NCBI GenBank assembly: GCA_020137815.1
Contig: CM035356.1
Coordinates: 7,378,001 to 7,442,000, forward strand
DNA: 64,000 bases
Source of the DNA: Hormiphora californensis
Taxonomy: Eukaryota; Animalia; Ctenophora
Direction: 5' to 3'
The notes under the pieces were generated by a model. It searched no databases. It worked only from the letters and a program-made list of their open reading frames with translations, and was not told the origin of the DNA. Below are positions 1 through 62,860 of this stretch, piece after piece (the stretch's first letter is position 1; each line of letters starts with the position of its first letter). The translations under genes and the position numbers were made by a program.

Positions 1-2318
1 AAAGGGGAGCTAGTCTGAGGGAGAGGAAACCAACGAATGATATCTTTGAATCCTCTACAGACAAGATATTTGAGAGGCTGGATTTGAAGAAGAGTGAGCC
101 GAGGTTATCTCCTTTTGATTGGTTGGATGGTGATGGTGATGAGGAGAGACCTGGCACTAGTAATGCTGCTAGTATATTGGCCAGATCTAGAAATCCCTCT
201 GCCCGGTCTAGAATCCCTTCTAATAAGAGTGGTACTGGGGAACCTTCAGGGCGATCTAGAATCCCGTCTAATAAAAGCGGCACTGCAGCTGGGGAGCCGG
301 AGATCCTAACTATTCCCATCATACCTATCTATACTGATGAAGAAGTAAGGGACTGCTGACTTACTGTGACTGTGACATGAGACTCATTGTGACATGAGAC
401 TCATTGTGACTGTGATTGTGACTGTGACATCTTTGTGACATGAGACTCATTGTGACATGAGACTCATTGTGACTGTGATTGTGACTGTGACATCTTTGTG
501 ACATGAGACTCATTGTGACATGAGACTCATTGTGACTGTGATTGTGACTGTGACATCTTTGTGACATGAGACTCATTGTGACATGAGACTCATTGTGACT
601 GTGATTGTGACTGTGACATCTTTGTGACATGAGACTCATTGTGACTGTGATTGTGACTGTGACATCTTTGTGACATGTGTACAGCTGACTTTGGTGAACA
701 ATTTATGTGCAGACTGTGACAATTCCATACCCCGCCGGCTCAAATAGACGCACGGCGCGCTCAAACAATTTGCACTGGTCTATTGGGCCGTGCACTGCCG
801 TGAGTTTGTGTCTCGATAGACGCACGCCCTCTGACAGATTTGTGTAAAGATCACAAAGAATCACTGGAAACACGATAAAATGACTTGGTAACTCAAGAGG
901 GAGTGTGTGTACAACCTACAACGCTCTCTGTCTAGATTTGGCGCCCGCCAGTCTGTTGCAACTGTTGCTCATGACCCACAATTAACTGTAATCTCTCTCT
1001 GCATTCCACGCTTTGAAACTGTTACAGCGATTGTTACGAGTGTGTAGGAATGTAGAGAGGCACTCTGTAGCTTCATTTCTAACTGTTTGACCCGTTTTGT
1101 GTGAGCTCTCTCTGTGTCAACCACCTAATTTGTGCTTGTTTTGCTTCTAGGTGCCCGCCAGCGGGGTCTATAGAACACAACTCCCTCCCTTACGTGCAGA
1201 TATACCTGTAAACCCCTCGCTGACGCTCGGGATTTACAGGGCTGTAACGCACGGTCCCTTCGGGACCCGTGCATTACAGCTCAATAGACGCACTGCTCTG
1301 CAGTGCGTCTATTGAATAGATGCCCGCGCGGGAGGGAGTTATGTACTATATAGGTAGCATTGTAAAATTTTGAGATATAATATAATTCTTTAGGTAGCAC
1401 TGCTTGTACAACTTATAACACCCCCCAGTGTTATAAGTTTTCACTTATAACACCCCCCAGTGATACATGAAAACTTATAACACTGCTGCACTTCGAACTC
1501 CTTACTCCACTGTTTCTGTCACACTTAAAAACCGTTAGAAAGATAGGCATTTACGAACTCCCTCCCTCTCTTTCTTTCTTTATGTCACACTCTCAAGCCG
1601 TTGCAGCACCGAGATCAAGATAACGGTTACGAACTCCCGGACCCATGCACATTCTTTATCTCTCTCACTCTCACTAATCTCTCACTCTCTTTACCTATCT
1701 CAGGCGTTATCTTATCTTATACTGATTTCTCTGCCTGCTACCTTATCATGAATTTGTTCTATTGTTACGCCCTAAAGTGTCTCTCACTCTTGTTTAAAAA
1801 ATTTTACAATGCAATTTTATTATGCCTGTTTTCGTTGTACCTGACGTCAACAATAATGTCCCAGATTCGTACACTTTTAGACCTCGCAGGCTCGGTCAAA
1901 AAGTAAAACTACATCACTCGCAGGCTCGTGAGGTAGTTACACTTAGTGGCACTCGCAGGCTCGTGCACTAAAGTACAAGAATCTGCCTCGACCTGTGGTC
2001 TCGGATCATTATTGTTGTACTTATAACACTCGACCTTCGGTCTCGTGTTATAAGTTTTCAGGTACAACTTATAGGCATAATAAAATCCTACACTGTACGA
2101 AATGTTGTAGACTGTGTTATTCAATAGTTGCTGATCGTACAATACATGTCGTTACTCGTTACCTTCTAAATAGCTGTTTCATAGTTAACTGAATTGTGTT
2201 TCTCTTCTGTAGAAGTTCAAGGAAAGTGTAGCGCAGACTGATGGAAATGATTCTCTCGATCGACATCTTACACTCGTCGGACACAAACTGGTAAGCTTCT
2301 CTCTTCCTATCCCTCTCT

Positions 2319-2362
<44 letters not shown>

Positions 2363-3134
2363 CCTCTCTCTCACTTTCTTCTGACGTTTATTCTGCTTGT
2401 TGAGATCCACTTGCAGCAGCAGCAGCTGTGATCAGTGGCCACTTGACTAACATGTTGTGCTCAAACTCAATGACGTAACGCGCGACATCCCACTTGATAT
2501 GAAAGAGTCTCAATACAGCGTGGGATGCGCGCCCGGCCCGCCTGGGAGACCACCTGGAGATGCGCGCGCGGCGCGCCGAGTCCGAGAGGGCCAGGGAGGG
2601 AGCTGATTCGAACGAGCTCCAACAAGACGGGTCCTTTGAAACCCTCGTTGACAGCCCCTCTAGAGGGTGACTACCTCCGAAGGGACTGTCAAAGAGAACC
2701 CCGATCTTATCCAGCCATCATCTCTCTAATCCCTCCCATCCTGTTTTCAGAAAGAAAGAACGGATGTGAGCTGCCACACGCCCTGTGGGGTTTGTGCACA
2801 ACCACTCGGTACCCTGGCATCAATCCATCTAGACAACACCACTTTCACGTTAGTAATACATTTAGTTGTGTTAATCGATGTGTTGTCATGATTAATTGAC
2901 CAATGAGATCTGATCAGGATCATGATTCAAATCTCTCTCCCTTCCAGGTATCACCAGGCATGTTTCAACTGTAAACACTGCAACGTCGCTTTATTGGATA
3001 GAAACAAGCTGCTCTACAACGTCTTCGTAGTGGACGGACAGCCATATTGTGATGTGTGCATTAGAAAGATGGGCATGATACGATTAGGTAATGATAACCA
3101 GGTGATAACACCGGAGCGCTTGTCAGCGTTGTGA
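1..3134 (+). CDS. 3' part of a LIM-domain protein gene (C-terminal LIM, LMO7/LIMCH1-like spacing); exons <1-344, 2751-2848, 2948-3134
   Basis: GT-AG junctions with consistent phases (0, 2) give CGVCAQPLGTLASIHLDNTTFTYHQACFNCKHCNVALL...DGQPYCDVC, a full C2HC5 LIM pattern, followed by a stop at 3132-3134. The upstream exon is open from the window start. Confidence 0.8.
361..677. repeat. 63-bp minisatellite (~5 copies) built from TGTGACATGAGACTCAT/TGTGAC subunits
   Basis: Direct tandem periodicity; explains the repetitive ORF 361..639. Confidence 0.9.
1169..1350. mobile_element. MITE-like element with ~21-bp TIRs and three internal hairpins
   Basis: TATAGAACACAACTCCCTCCC ... GGGAGGGAGTTATGTACTATA enclosing three consecutive palindromes. 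Confidence 0.65.
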
Positions 3135-4213
3135 TATGCATAGCTCCCGATTTGTCTAGTATGTTTAGTCATTTCAGTGGGTCGGGAAATGTAGTGCATG
3201 GTGACTCAACCAGGGGATGGAGGTTGTGTTGCATCGTCAATTTGAATATTTATACACCATGAGAATATCTAACACCCACTTAATTCTTTCAGGAAAAGTC
3301 AAGAAAATTCCCACGAAAACGACGGTTTAGCAGATATATCGTCCCCCACATCATTGTACAGATCTATATATAATTTGAGCTGAACTGCTGAGTCACAAAC
3401 TGTAAAACATTCACAGTGTTTATATTTGTGTGTTTCAAAGACAGATTGTGGCTGATATATTGGCTTGTTTTGAAAGAGGATGGACTCCAAAAATGAGCTG
3501 GTAGAGAGAGAGAGAGAGAGAGAGTGAGAGAGAGAGAGAGAGAGAGATAGAGAGAGAGTGAGAGAGAGTGAGAGTGAGAGAGAGTGAGAGAGAGTGAGAG
3601 AGAGTAAGAGAAAGATTGTTGTATAGGCGGTTGTGTGTGTTGTTTTACGTTTTTAGTAAGATCAAATATGCCATTGTTTTACCAGCTAATTTGTGAACCG
3701 CATCCCTTTGAAATCAGCTGCCTTTATTTTACAAAGCAAATTGTGGCTCTTCTCGGATTATTCGACAACCGATGCGATAAGGATAATCATCCCGTTCAGT
3801 GTTCTCCTTTAAATTCTATATGACGGTTCCCATTACATCTGAGAACCCGAACGGGTCGGTGCTTCCAGACGTTCAAACTAAATTGCTATGACGTGAGACT
3901 TGAGAGCCACAATTTGCTTTATCGGGGTAACCATGGAAACCATGATAACGGGTAGTTACACATTGAACAGTCGTATATATCACTGTCGTGGAAACTATGA
4001 AAAAGGGTCAAAAAGGAATAATATACACAAACCTTTACACTTACAATTTAGAAAATATAATAACGTCCTATGCCAGTTTATTTGGCCTAAATCCCAGTCG
4101 AGATACACCTCTCTGAGGCCGGTGTGTCCGTGTTCCGTTTGAGTAGCGTGTTGTTGCTGGGGTAGTGGTGTGGGGGGTGTTGGGAGCTGTCTTTAGCCCG
4201 ATGGAGATGTTCC

Positions 4214-46606
<42,393 letters not shown>

Positions 46607-47622
46607 GACGCCAGCCAGGGAACAACCACTATATGGGTCTAGGAATTAAACTACATACCAGGCAACCAGTTAACACAGTGCTCTGACTAGACAGAAACAA
46701 TAAAAATAGGTCTAGGAATTAAGCAACGAATTGGCGAACAATACAAAGCTAAAAAAAGATCTCAGTCATCATGATCGCTCCTATTCATTATTCTCACTCT
46801 TGGACAGCCTAGTATAGGCACATTACTTGGACAGTTTATAGTGAGACCAGCTACTACTCCATGTCAAATGTAACAATGTAGTGAGTCGAGAGTTCATGAT
46901 GTTGTGGCTTAAATTTAACAATTCCTGCTGCAAGTGCAGCGAGAGATCACGATGATGATGAGATTTAAGAAGAGAGTGTGGGAGGGATGAAAAATGAAAG
47001 ATTTATAACTTGTTGCAAAAAACATGCTAAAGACTGAGTCGTTTCTCAGTAACAAGAGAACGAGTTAAAAAGTTAAAACGAATAATAGTAGGAGGATATG
47101 TGTGTTAAGTCATGTCCGAATTAGAGCTTTCATGGCCAAACTACCAATAAGATGAAATAGCAAAAGGCACGAGTGATAAAAAGACTTTTTTTGTGAACAG
47201 GAAAGCAATGTATTGATTCTTGGATTGAACAAGCAAGGCGACCATCAAAGGAAAATTCGCCCTGTCTGAAATCAGCGACTTGATCTAAGCACACTGTTTT
47301 GAGAATCAAAACGGGGTCTGGTGGCGCCAGACAGGACTCTTTGCATCATCAACAGATAAATGTAAATGGTCAATAAACAAGTGGGAATATGTCGTGTGGA
47401 ACTGGATACATGCGAAGGAGCACTACACACGACTCTCCGATCCTTCCTCAAAGGGCAACAAACATTACAAACAGTCACGGAAAGAGAGAGAGAGAGAGAG
47501 AGAGAGGAGGAGAGAGAAGAGGAGAGAGAGAGAGAGAGAAAGAGAGAGAAGACAGAGACAGAGAGAGAGAGAGAGCAGAGAGAGAGAGGAGGAGAGAGAG
47601 ACAGAGAGAGGACGAGAGAGAT

Positions 47623-47657
<35 letters not shown>

Positions 47658-47997
47658 AGAGAAGAGCGAGAGAGAAAAGGCGTTGACTAACCAACGTTTC
47701 ACCAACCATTTTAAAACCACTGCACTGTCAGAGAGATCTTTTTAAACCCCCCCCTTTTTTTTTTAAATTTTTTTGGGAAAAAAAAAAAATTTTTTCCTCT
47801 CCCCCTTTTTTTTTTCATAATTAAAATGCTTTCCCCATTTTAAAAAAAAAAACCCAAAACAAATTTTTTTAAAATCCAATCTTCTCTCCCCCCCTTTTTC
47901 CTTCCTTTTCCTCTCTCTTTTCTCTTTTCTTTTTTCTCCTCATACCTTATAAATCCACCATTTTCTTTCTCCCCGTGCCTTTTATCTTACTTACTCT

Positions 47998-48118
<121 letters not shown>

Positions 48119-48396
48119 ATCTGTCGTTCCCATTCTCTCCACCGTCCATGAGACTGTTTGTCTTGTCTCTCATGCACTTGTTTTTGTGTGATCGACAACT
48201 TTTGTAGTTGAAAACAGCCATTTTAAACATTTTCTTCGTCACTTCTTCTTGTGTAATTACCAATTTGTGTACCAGCTGTACTCTGTACAAAATAATAGCA
48301 TGTCATCAGTGTTTTGACAGCGAAATAAGTGAAATTTGGGTTTGAAACAGTGTAGCTGACTTTTGTGTTTTACAGAGTCCCGGCCTCTTTACTTTC

Positions 48397-49360
48397 CCTC
48401 CTCCTAGCAATTGCACTAAATCGAGCCGACTACCTCCCTCTTAGCAATTGCACTAAATCGAGCCGACTACCTCCCTCCTAGCAATTGCACTAAATCGAGC
48501 CGACTACCTCCCTCCTAGCAATTGCACTAAATCGAGCCGACTACCTCTCTCCTAGCAATTGCACTAAATCGAGCCGACTACCTTCCTCCTAGCAATTGCA
48601 CTAAATCGAGCCGACTACCTCCCTCCTAGCAATTGCACTAAATCGAGCCGACTACCTCCCTCCTAGCAATTGCACTAAATCGAGCCGACTACCTCCATCC
48701 TAGCAATTGCACTAAATCGAGCCGACTACCTCCCTCCTAGCAATTGCACTAAATCGAGCCTACTACCTTCCTCCTAGCAATTGCACTAAATCGAGCCGAC
48801 TACCTACCTCCTAGCAATTGCACTAAATCGAGCCGACTACCTTCCTCCTAGCAATTGCACTAAACCGAGCCGACTACCTACCTCCTTGCAATTGCACTAA
48901 ATCGAGCAGACTACCTCCCTCTTAGCAATTGCACTAAATCGAGCCGACTACCTCCCTCCTAGCAATTGCACTAAACCGAGCCGACTACCTCCCTCCTAGC
49001 AATTGCACTAAATCGAGCCGACTACCTACCTCCTAGCAATTGCACTAAATCGAGCCGACTACCTTCCTCCTAGCAATTGCACTAAACCGAGCCGACTACC
49101 TACCTCCTTGCAATTGCACTAAATCGAGCAGACTACCTCCCTCTTAGCAATTGCACTAAATCGAGCCGACTACCTCCCTCCTAGCAATTGCACTAAACCG
49201 AGCCGACTACCTCCCTCCTAGCAATTGCACTAAATCGAGCCGACTACCCCCCTCCTAGCAATTGCACTAAATCGAGCCGACTACCTCCCTCCTAGCAATT
49301 GCACTAAATCGAGCCGACTACCTCTCTCCTAGCAATTGCACTAAATCGAGCCGACTACCT
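48397..49360 (+). repeat. 37-bp minisatellite (26 copies); each unit is a pyrimidine tract + TAG acceptor + start of the following exon
   Basis: Unit CCCTCCTAG|CAATTGCACTAAATCGAGCCGACTACCT. Confidence 0.9.
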
Positions 49361-49640
49361 GCGGGAAGCTGGGGCGTCCCTGTTAATCTGCGATGAGACG
49401 GTCTCTCAGCTCTTTCTCCGGCTTTACCGAGACAGCTTTGAGAGAGAACACTATCGGATGAAGCGGGCTACAGATCCACCAACTACAGCTGACCGTGGCG
49501 GTGGTGGTGGTGGTGGTGGTGGAGGTGGTCAAAATGGGAATATTGGGCCATGCAAAGCAACTAGTGGAGGTGGTCGAAGTGGTAGTGGAATATACGCTGG
49601 GAAACCTCAACAGCTCCTCGCCAAGAGATTTGGTGGGTGA
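49333..49640 (+). CDS. Probable terminal exon of an unidentified plus-strand gene (IALNRADYLREAGASLLICDETV...LAKRFGG*)
   Basis: 102 open codons after the last acceptor of the 37-bp array, with protein-like composition; upstream exons not located. Confidence 0.5.
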
Positions 49641-50500
49641 TCTATGTGTGACCTGTGTGTGTGTGTGTGTGACCTGTGTGTGTGACCTGTGTGTCAGTGT
49701 GTGACCTGTGTTTGAAATTTGTGTGAACTCTTTGAACTGTATTTCATTGTGAAGCATTTATTTCAGTTTTGTCCACTGGTGAGACAGGATCATTCAAAGT
49801 TTTGTTTAGCAATACACCATGTCGTATTCAGAAGGATCGGAACTGAAATACCGTGGCCTAATTTGAACAGTGTTTCCATGGGTACTACAGTTTCAAGTTC
49901 TCTCAGAAACATATTCCAGATCATTGCTCTTCTAACTGCAGTTATAGGTGAGACTTGCATAGCAAGGACTCTCTCCACTACTGTAGAGAAATACCCTCTT
50001 ACTAACGACCACTACCACCGTCTTCAATGACTGTTATAACCAGCTGCCCCTCTCCTGATCTCGTTCCGTCTGCAGCTGCTGCAGTACCCATCTGTTGGAG
50101 GGCGCGGCGCTGTGAAGTTAACTAAAGCACACAACTTACCCACCCAGCATGAATCTGTGCGCCGCGCGCAGATTCAGGGTGCCCTAACTTTTTTGGGGCT
50201 TCAGGACCATCAATGATGTCCGATGACATCATCAATAACGTTGTTTTTGCAGTTTTCTAGTTACATATAACACCAAACATATTGTTTCACAGAATGATTT
50301 AATACGAAAAACTGACATTCTCGTTTTCAAAAGGTTTTACTTTCCAGTATTCAAGTTATTCAATCTTCACATCCCCTATAATAACAAGCCTTTGACCTTT
50401 CAAGACTCTTCCATTTTGGTCAATATAAATGTACACTACTACACAGATCCCACACAGACCGCGTCCATCAAACTATGGTTCTCCCATCTTCTCCTCGAAT

Positions 50501-57729
<7,229 letters not shown>

Positions 57730-57842
57730 CTATAACAGGGGGAAACCGAATGAAATGGAACTTTATCAATGGTAGTATAATCATGGCCAGGTCTGCTAAT
57801 GGCCATGTCGGTAACTACAGACAGGACTCAAAGAAGCTTCTC

Positions 57843-57885
<43 letters not shown>

Positions 57886-57905
57886 GAGAGAGCGAGAAGA
57901 GGAGA

Positions 57906-57940
<35 letters not shown>

Positions 57941-58634
57941 GAGGAGAGAGAGGAGGAGAGAGAGGAGAGGGAGAAGAGGAGAGAGAGAGAGAGAGAGAGA
58001 GAAAGCATTTGTAACGGCGCCCATTAACAAGTATAATCTGAATGATGTAAGCACGATGTAGGACGTAGCCAGGTATAATGGTATGTTATAATTGAGTTTC
58101 TAGCAAATGATTCAAGGATGAGATTAGCAGGATAGCAAATATTAACGTTTTATTCAAGCCTCCGTGGTGAGCCTGTTATACAACCCAAATGGTGGAGCGG
58201 AAAGTCAAAACGGGCAAGTCTTGAGTCATGTACCAGTGGTGCTCTGTCATTAGTCATATTGGCCGCCCGTACGGCGCACAGCGCCGCCCAGTGCCCATGA
58301 CGCACCGACACGGTCCACGTCGCACAAAAAACATTCAATGTCAGTGTAGACAATATATTGGCGAAGCACCACTGTACCATACAAAATTTGTAAAAAATTT
58401 CTATGATTTGTATTACAAATCATAGAAATTTTTCTTCGAATCGATCCCCGATCACCGTTTTTGTTTTACTATTTTCAGAATTCAGGAAGTCGTTTATCGA
58501 GGTGAATTACACGAATGACAAGTTGTTCTATGCATATGAATGAACTAATTTTATACACAACAAATTCAAACCCAAAATTAATCACACTGTACATTTTTTA
58601 CAAGAAAATCAATTAGCATTTTAAGAAGAAGTCA

Positions 58635-59360
58635 TTAATTACAAATCATATTGGGCAAATCCAGCTTTTTTGTGAACAACACAACTTTGGTATGAATAGG
58701 ATTAAGTTTATCCAGATTGGGTAGACCTCGTCCATCTTTCAGCCGGATATCCTCATACCTCGCTTCCTTTACCAATGTGTAATGGAGACTAGAGAAGATC
58801 CTCTGAGAATAAAACCCAGAAGCCAAGAGGACGGTATGGGTGGCACCTTTCTCTCTTGCCAGCGCTTCAGATGCCTGAATCATCTTTTTCCCGAGCCCCA
58901 TGCCCCTGGCCCTGGGTGCCACACAAAGAAAGGTACCGGTTAGCATTTTGGAACATTCAAGTGACTCAAAGAAATCCCTCGGTTGTTTCAATCCGACTGC
59001 CTCACAGATTGATGGCATTATGTTGGCATGGATCTCATGCCTCTCCTTATCAGTCAGCCACAATATCCCGTGGAATATCATTGTTAGGATGTTGTCTGCC
59101 ACCGTATCTATGATACTATCCTCTACAATAAGTCCAAACCGGATACCCACAACAGTGTTAGTATCGTTATCCACACACATGATACACGACCCCTCACCGA
59201 TAATCCCTGCAACTACCAACTCCAGGAATTGATCCCGTTTCAGATCACATATCACGCAAATTGGTTCCTCATACCAAAAGTGGTTCATGAGATCCAGGAT
59301 TTGAGAAAGCCGGACTGTTTCCGGTGGAATTGGCATGATTTCATATCGATCATCCTCCAT
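58635..59360 (-). CDS. GNAT acetyltransferase, arylalkylamine N-acetyltransferase-like (intronless, 241 aa)
   Basis: Acetyl-CoA-binding motif A FLCVAPRARGMGLGKKMI; HFWYEEPI and YSQRIFSSLHY resemble insect-type aaNATs. Confidence 0.85.
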   Translation of the reverse strand: MEDDRYEIMPIPPETVRLSQILDLMNHFWYEEPICVICDLKRDQFLELVVAGIIGEGSCIMCVDNDTNTVVGIRFGLIVEDSIIDTVADNILTMIFHGILWLTDKERHEIHANIMPSICEAVGLKQPRDFFESLECSKMLTGTFLCVAPRARGMGLGKKMIQASEALAREKGATHTVLLASGFYSQRIFSSLHYTLVKEARYEDIRLKDGRGLPNLDKLNPIHTKVVLFTKKLDLPNMICN

Positions 59361-59519
59361 GTCGGACTTTCACTAGAGGCTAGCAATATAGAGTTTTAGT
59401 AGCTGATGCTGCTTTTTAACACTACTATAAAGATGAGGGTTGAAAGATGCTGTGTTTACAGGGAGTTGTTTTTCTCAACATTAACTTTATCCTCAGGTGG
59501 TGGACCTGCTTGGCCTGGA

Positions 59520-60374
59520 TCAGAACCAGCCGTGTCCAGCCCGGGCAGCAGGATCATCAGGCCCATCATCAGCTGCAGAGGGCTCCTTAGTTGGTTGTTG
59601 TGGCAACAGTTCCTTCACAAACAACACACAAGATGTGTTCTCTCCCGGATCCATAATCAGGTGCTTTTCACCATCCTTCATATCAAGATAGCAGGCACTA
59701 CGGAGGGCCGTGTAACCGCTTCTCCTAAATAGAGCCTCCGAGTGCTTGGTGGTGGTGATGGTAATGGTGAGATCAACCCCCTGACCAACTGCAACCTGCT
59801 CACTGCGCCTCACCAACTCTGTCCCTAGGCCCATGTTCCTAAAGTCACGTGACACACAAAGCAATGTGTTAGCTAGGACTCTCTTGGAATTTCTCTCCTT
59901 TGCTATCTCATACAAATCATATTCAAGTGCCTTTACCACCGCATGGTGTATTACTTCTCGATCCGAGTGGAAGGGAGATAAGACAGTGGCAAGGGCCCCT
60001 TGAACTGACGCCCCCATTTTCACAAACACATCTTCCACATCAATCACCTCTGCCAGCCTCACCCCAATCACATTGTCTTCCTTGTCAGTAGCCATGACAC
60101 ACAACCCAACCTCAATTAACCCTCGAATATAACGATCAAAGGACGGGTCTCGTTCAGCATTCACCGCAGCATCCAGAGGGTTATCAGGCAGGTACGCCTC
60201 CCCAAGAAGCCGGCAAATTTCAGAAGCCCTGCGGTAAGGTACAGGGTGGAATGTGATGCCAGCAAGGTCAAACCGGCCCCGGTGTATTTGTCCCTCAACT
60301 TTGTGAACCAGTTCATCAGCATTATGTACCAGATTTGTACCGGCCTCCCCAATTTTCTGTCCAAGGTTTTCCAT
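59520..60374 (-). CDS. GNAT acetyltransferase, aaNAT-like paralog (intronless, ~284 aa)
   Basis: Motif A LLCVSRDFRNMGLGTELV; VIGVRL and HSEALFRRSGY align with the neighbouring GNAT; ATG at 60374. Confidence 0.85.
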   Translation of the reverse strand: MENLGQKIGEAGTNLVHNADELVHKVEGQIHRGRFDLAGITFHPVPYRRASEICRLLGEAYLPDNPLDAAVNAERDPSFDRYIRGLIEVGLCVMATDKEDNVIGVRLAEVIDVEDVFVKMGASVQGALATVLSPFHSDREVIHHAVVKALEYDLYEIAKERNSKRVLANTLLCVSRDFRNMGLGTELVRRSEQVAVGQGVDLTITITTTKHSEALFRRSGYTALRSACYLDMKDGEKHLIMDPGENTSCVLFVKELLPQQPTKEPSAADDGPDDPAARAGHGWF

Positions 60375-60735
60375 AACACAAACGAGACACAAGACACAGA
60401 CAGTAAAAAGAAGTGAGTGGAATGTAAACTAACTCTTTTTACGCTACGGAAAGTATGTAGTGAGATTGAGTGAGTGATTTGCTTACACACAAGTGAGACA
60501 AGTCTCATTTTACCTATTGGATGAATCAAGAATAGAAAGAAATTGTAAAATTAATCAAATAATGAGTCATGTTGCAGTGATACACACAGTGACTTAAATT
60601 GGATGTTGTATTATGAAAACTGCGATACAAACAATATGAAATCTGTACTCAGGAGAGCCTGAGAAGTTTCTACTTTCTTACCTGTGTCCTGTTTCTTTTC
60701 TGAAATTGGAACCCCTTTGACCTTTAAAAACTGTA

Positions 60736-62088
60736 CGGCGGCGACGGTCGCCGACCCGATCTGAGCGCACTTTCGCCGAGATACAAATACAATTAACTTT
60801 CATTTCCGCTTTGGGGACAAATCTATATAATAATTTCCAAAATGTTAGTCCGATAATTGTTTTCTCCCTACTCCTCCTACAGTTTTTGAGCTAGACCCCT
60901 GAAAATTTGTACACTGGTACCTTGGACCAAGGCGGATGTAAGTACGGGCTCAGATTTTTGATCCGATCTTTACAGCAGTGACGTCACGGGGTGACGTCAT
61001 TTCGACAAAAAGACTTACATTTTTCAAACGCTTCTAAGACCCTGAAAACGGCTCTAAATCAAAAAACTAACGCAATAGTGGGGAAAGAGAATCGTTTGAA
61101 CTTCATTTTACTTGATAGCGATTTCCCGTAACTCAATGTTTAAGGGTCGTAAATCGCGTCGGGAAAGTTAAAAATGCCCAAAATACGATATCTTTCACCG
61201 TAGCCACCCAAAATCTTATCCAATCGATATGAAACTTGGTCGGTATGTGAATTTTAATCTCCTTTGGCCAGGGGTTCCCGGAAAACGGATTGGCAAGATG
61301 AGAACTGACCGGAGTTCTTATAATTCACGAATTTGGAATTTTTCGTCGACTTTTTTTTGGCGACATAAAACGCGAACGAGAGGAAATTTTCAATGAATTT
61401 TAAAATTTTACACTGCGCACGTAATTTTAGGTTCCGCGCGCGGCGTAAAAAAGCAGCGCTTTTTTGGGGAAATTCGCGCGTTACAGTAAATGATTTACCC
61501 GCCTCGCCAAAATTGTAATGGCCGTTTTTTCAAAAACCCAATGTGTATGGTTCGCATTATTTAAAATCGCACTTTATGAGACTCATTGCTCTCAGGAACA
61601 AACAAATTATCTTAAAAATCAAACACAAATGTCACCGGTTATATGAGGATAAATTACCATTTACCAGGTCACGGGTTCCCAGCAAACGGGTACTCTAGTC
61701 CATATAATAATTTCCAAAATGTTAGTCCGATAATTGTTTTCTCCCTACTCCTCCTACAGTTTTTGAGCTAGACCCCTGAAAATTTGTACACTGGTACCTT
61801 GGACCAAGGCGGATGTAAGTACGGGCTCAGATTTTTGATCCGATCTTTACAGCAGTGACGTCACGGGGTGACGTCATTTCGACAAAAAGACTTACATTTT
61901 TCAAACGCTTCTAAGACCCTGAAAACGGCTCTAAATCAAAAAACTAACGCAATAGTGGGGAAAGAGAATCGTTTGAACTTCATTTTACTTCATAGCGATT
62001 TCCCGTAACTCAATGTTTAAGGGTCGTAAATCGCGTCGGGAAAGTTAAAAATGCCAAAAATACGATATTTTTCACCGTAGCCACCCAA
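60736..62088. repeat. Interspersed element with a ~385-bp direct duplication (60826-61211 and 61702-62088)
   Basis: Near-identical blocks ATATAATAATTTCCAAAATG...GTAGCCACCCAA; short hairpin at 60736 and a CTAG end at ~61698, compatible with a Helitron-type tandem copy. Confidence 0.75.
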
Positions 62089-62546
62089 TGGCACGTATTC
62101 GTAAATTTTCAAGTTTGTTTTTATGTATCGAGTTATATATCGTTGAATTTGTCTTGGTCTACTGATCACAAAAACATGTGTATTTTCTGTCTACTATGAG
62201 CGGTTCGCTAATTACGCCAATTAGTTAATTAGCTACCCCTTGTCAGCGCCCCTCGCGCGGACGTCGTACGCGCTATAATAGCGCCGCGCCAAGCATGTAA
62301 AAGCCGCGCAAAAGCCATGCGCGTGATCAAAATCCGTTCAATTTTTTTTTCATCAAATTTTATTTCGCGTCTTAACTTTTTTTCCCAAACTTTCTCCCAA
62401 GTTGCCTTAGTTCAAAATGCTATAAAAGAAAGCTCACCTAAACAGTCAGCTGTTGCTTCTCACCGTGACAGTCAGCCTTTGCTGACAGCAACAATGGACA
62501 TTGCTCTATTTGATGATTCAATTGGTTACAGTGAGGTTACAGTGAG

Positions 62547-62860
62547 GTGTGGTGCAGAAGTGTGTGTTGGGCTTTACTTACAGAAGTACAGTCGGTATGG
62601 TGTGGTGCAGTGGAGTGTGTTGGGCTTTACTTATAGAAGTACAGTCGGTATGGTATGGTGCAGTGGAGTGTGTTGGGCTTTACTTATAGAAGTACAGTCG
62701 GTATGGTGTGGTGCAGTGGAGTGTGTTGGGCTCTACTTACAGAAGTACAGCCAGTATGGTGTAGTGCAGTGGAGTGTGTTGGACTTTACTTACAGAAGTA
62801 CAGTCGGTATGGTGTGGTGCAGTGAAGTGTGTTGGGCTTTACTAATAGAAGTACAGCCAG
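62547..62860. repeat. 53-bp minisatellite (~6 copies)
   Basis: Unit GTGGTGCAGTGGAGTGTGTTGGGCTTTACTTATAGAAGTACAGTCGGTATGGT. Confidence 0.9.

Noticed and set aside
48397-49360. 37-bp repeats as a possible CRISPR array
   Set aside because: Units are contiguous with no unique spacers, there are no cas genes, and the context is eukaryotic. The same applies to the other arrays.
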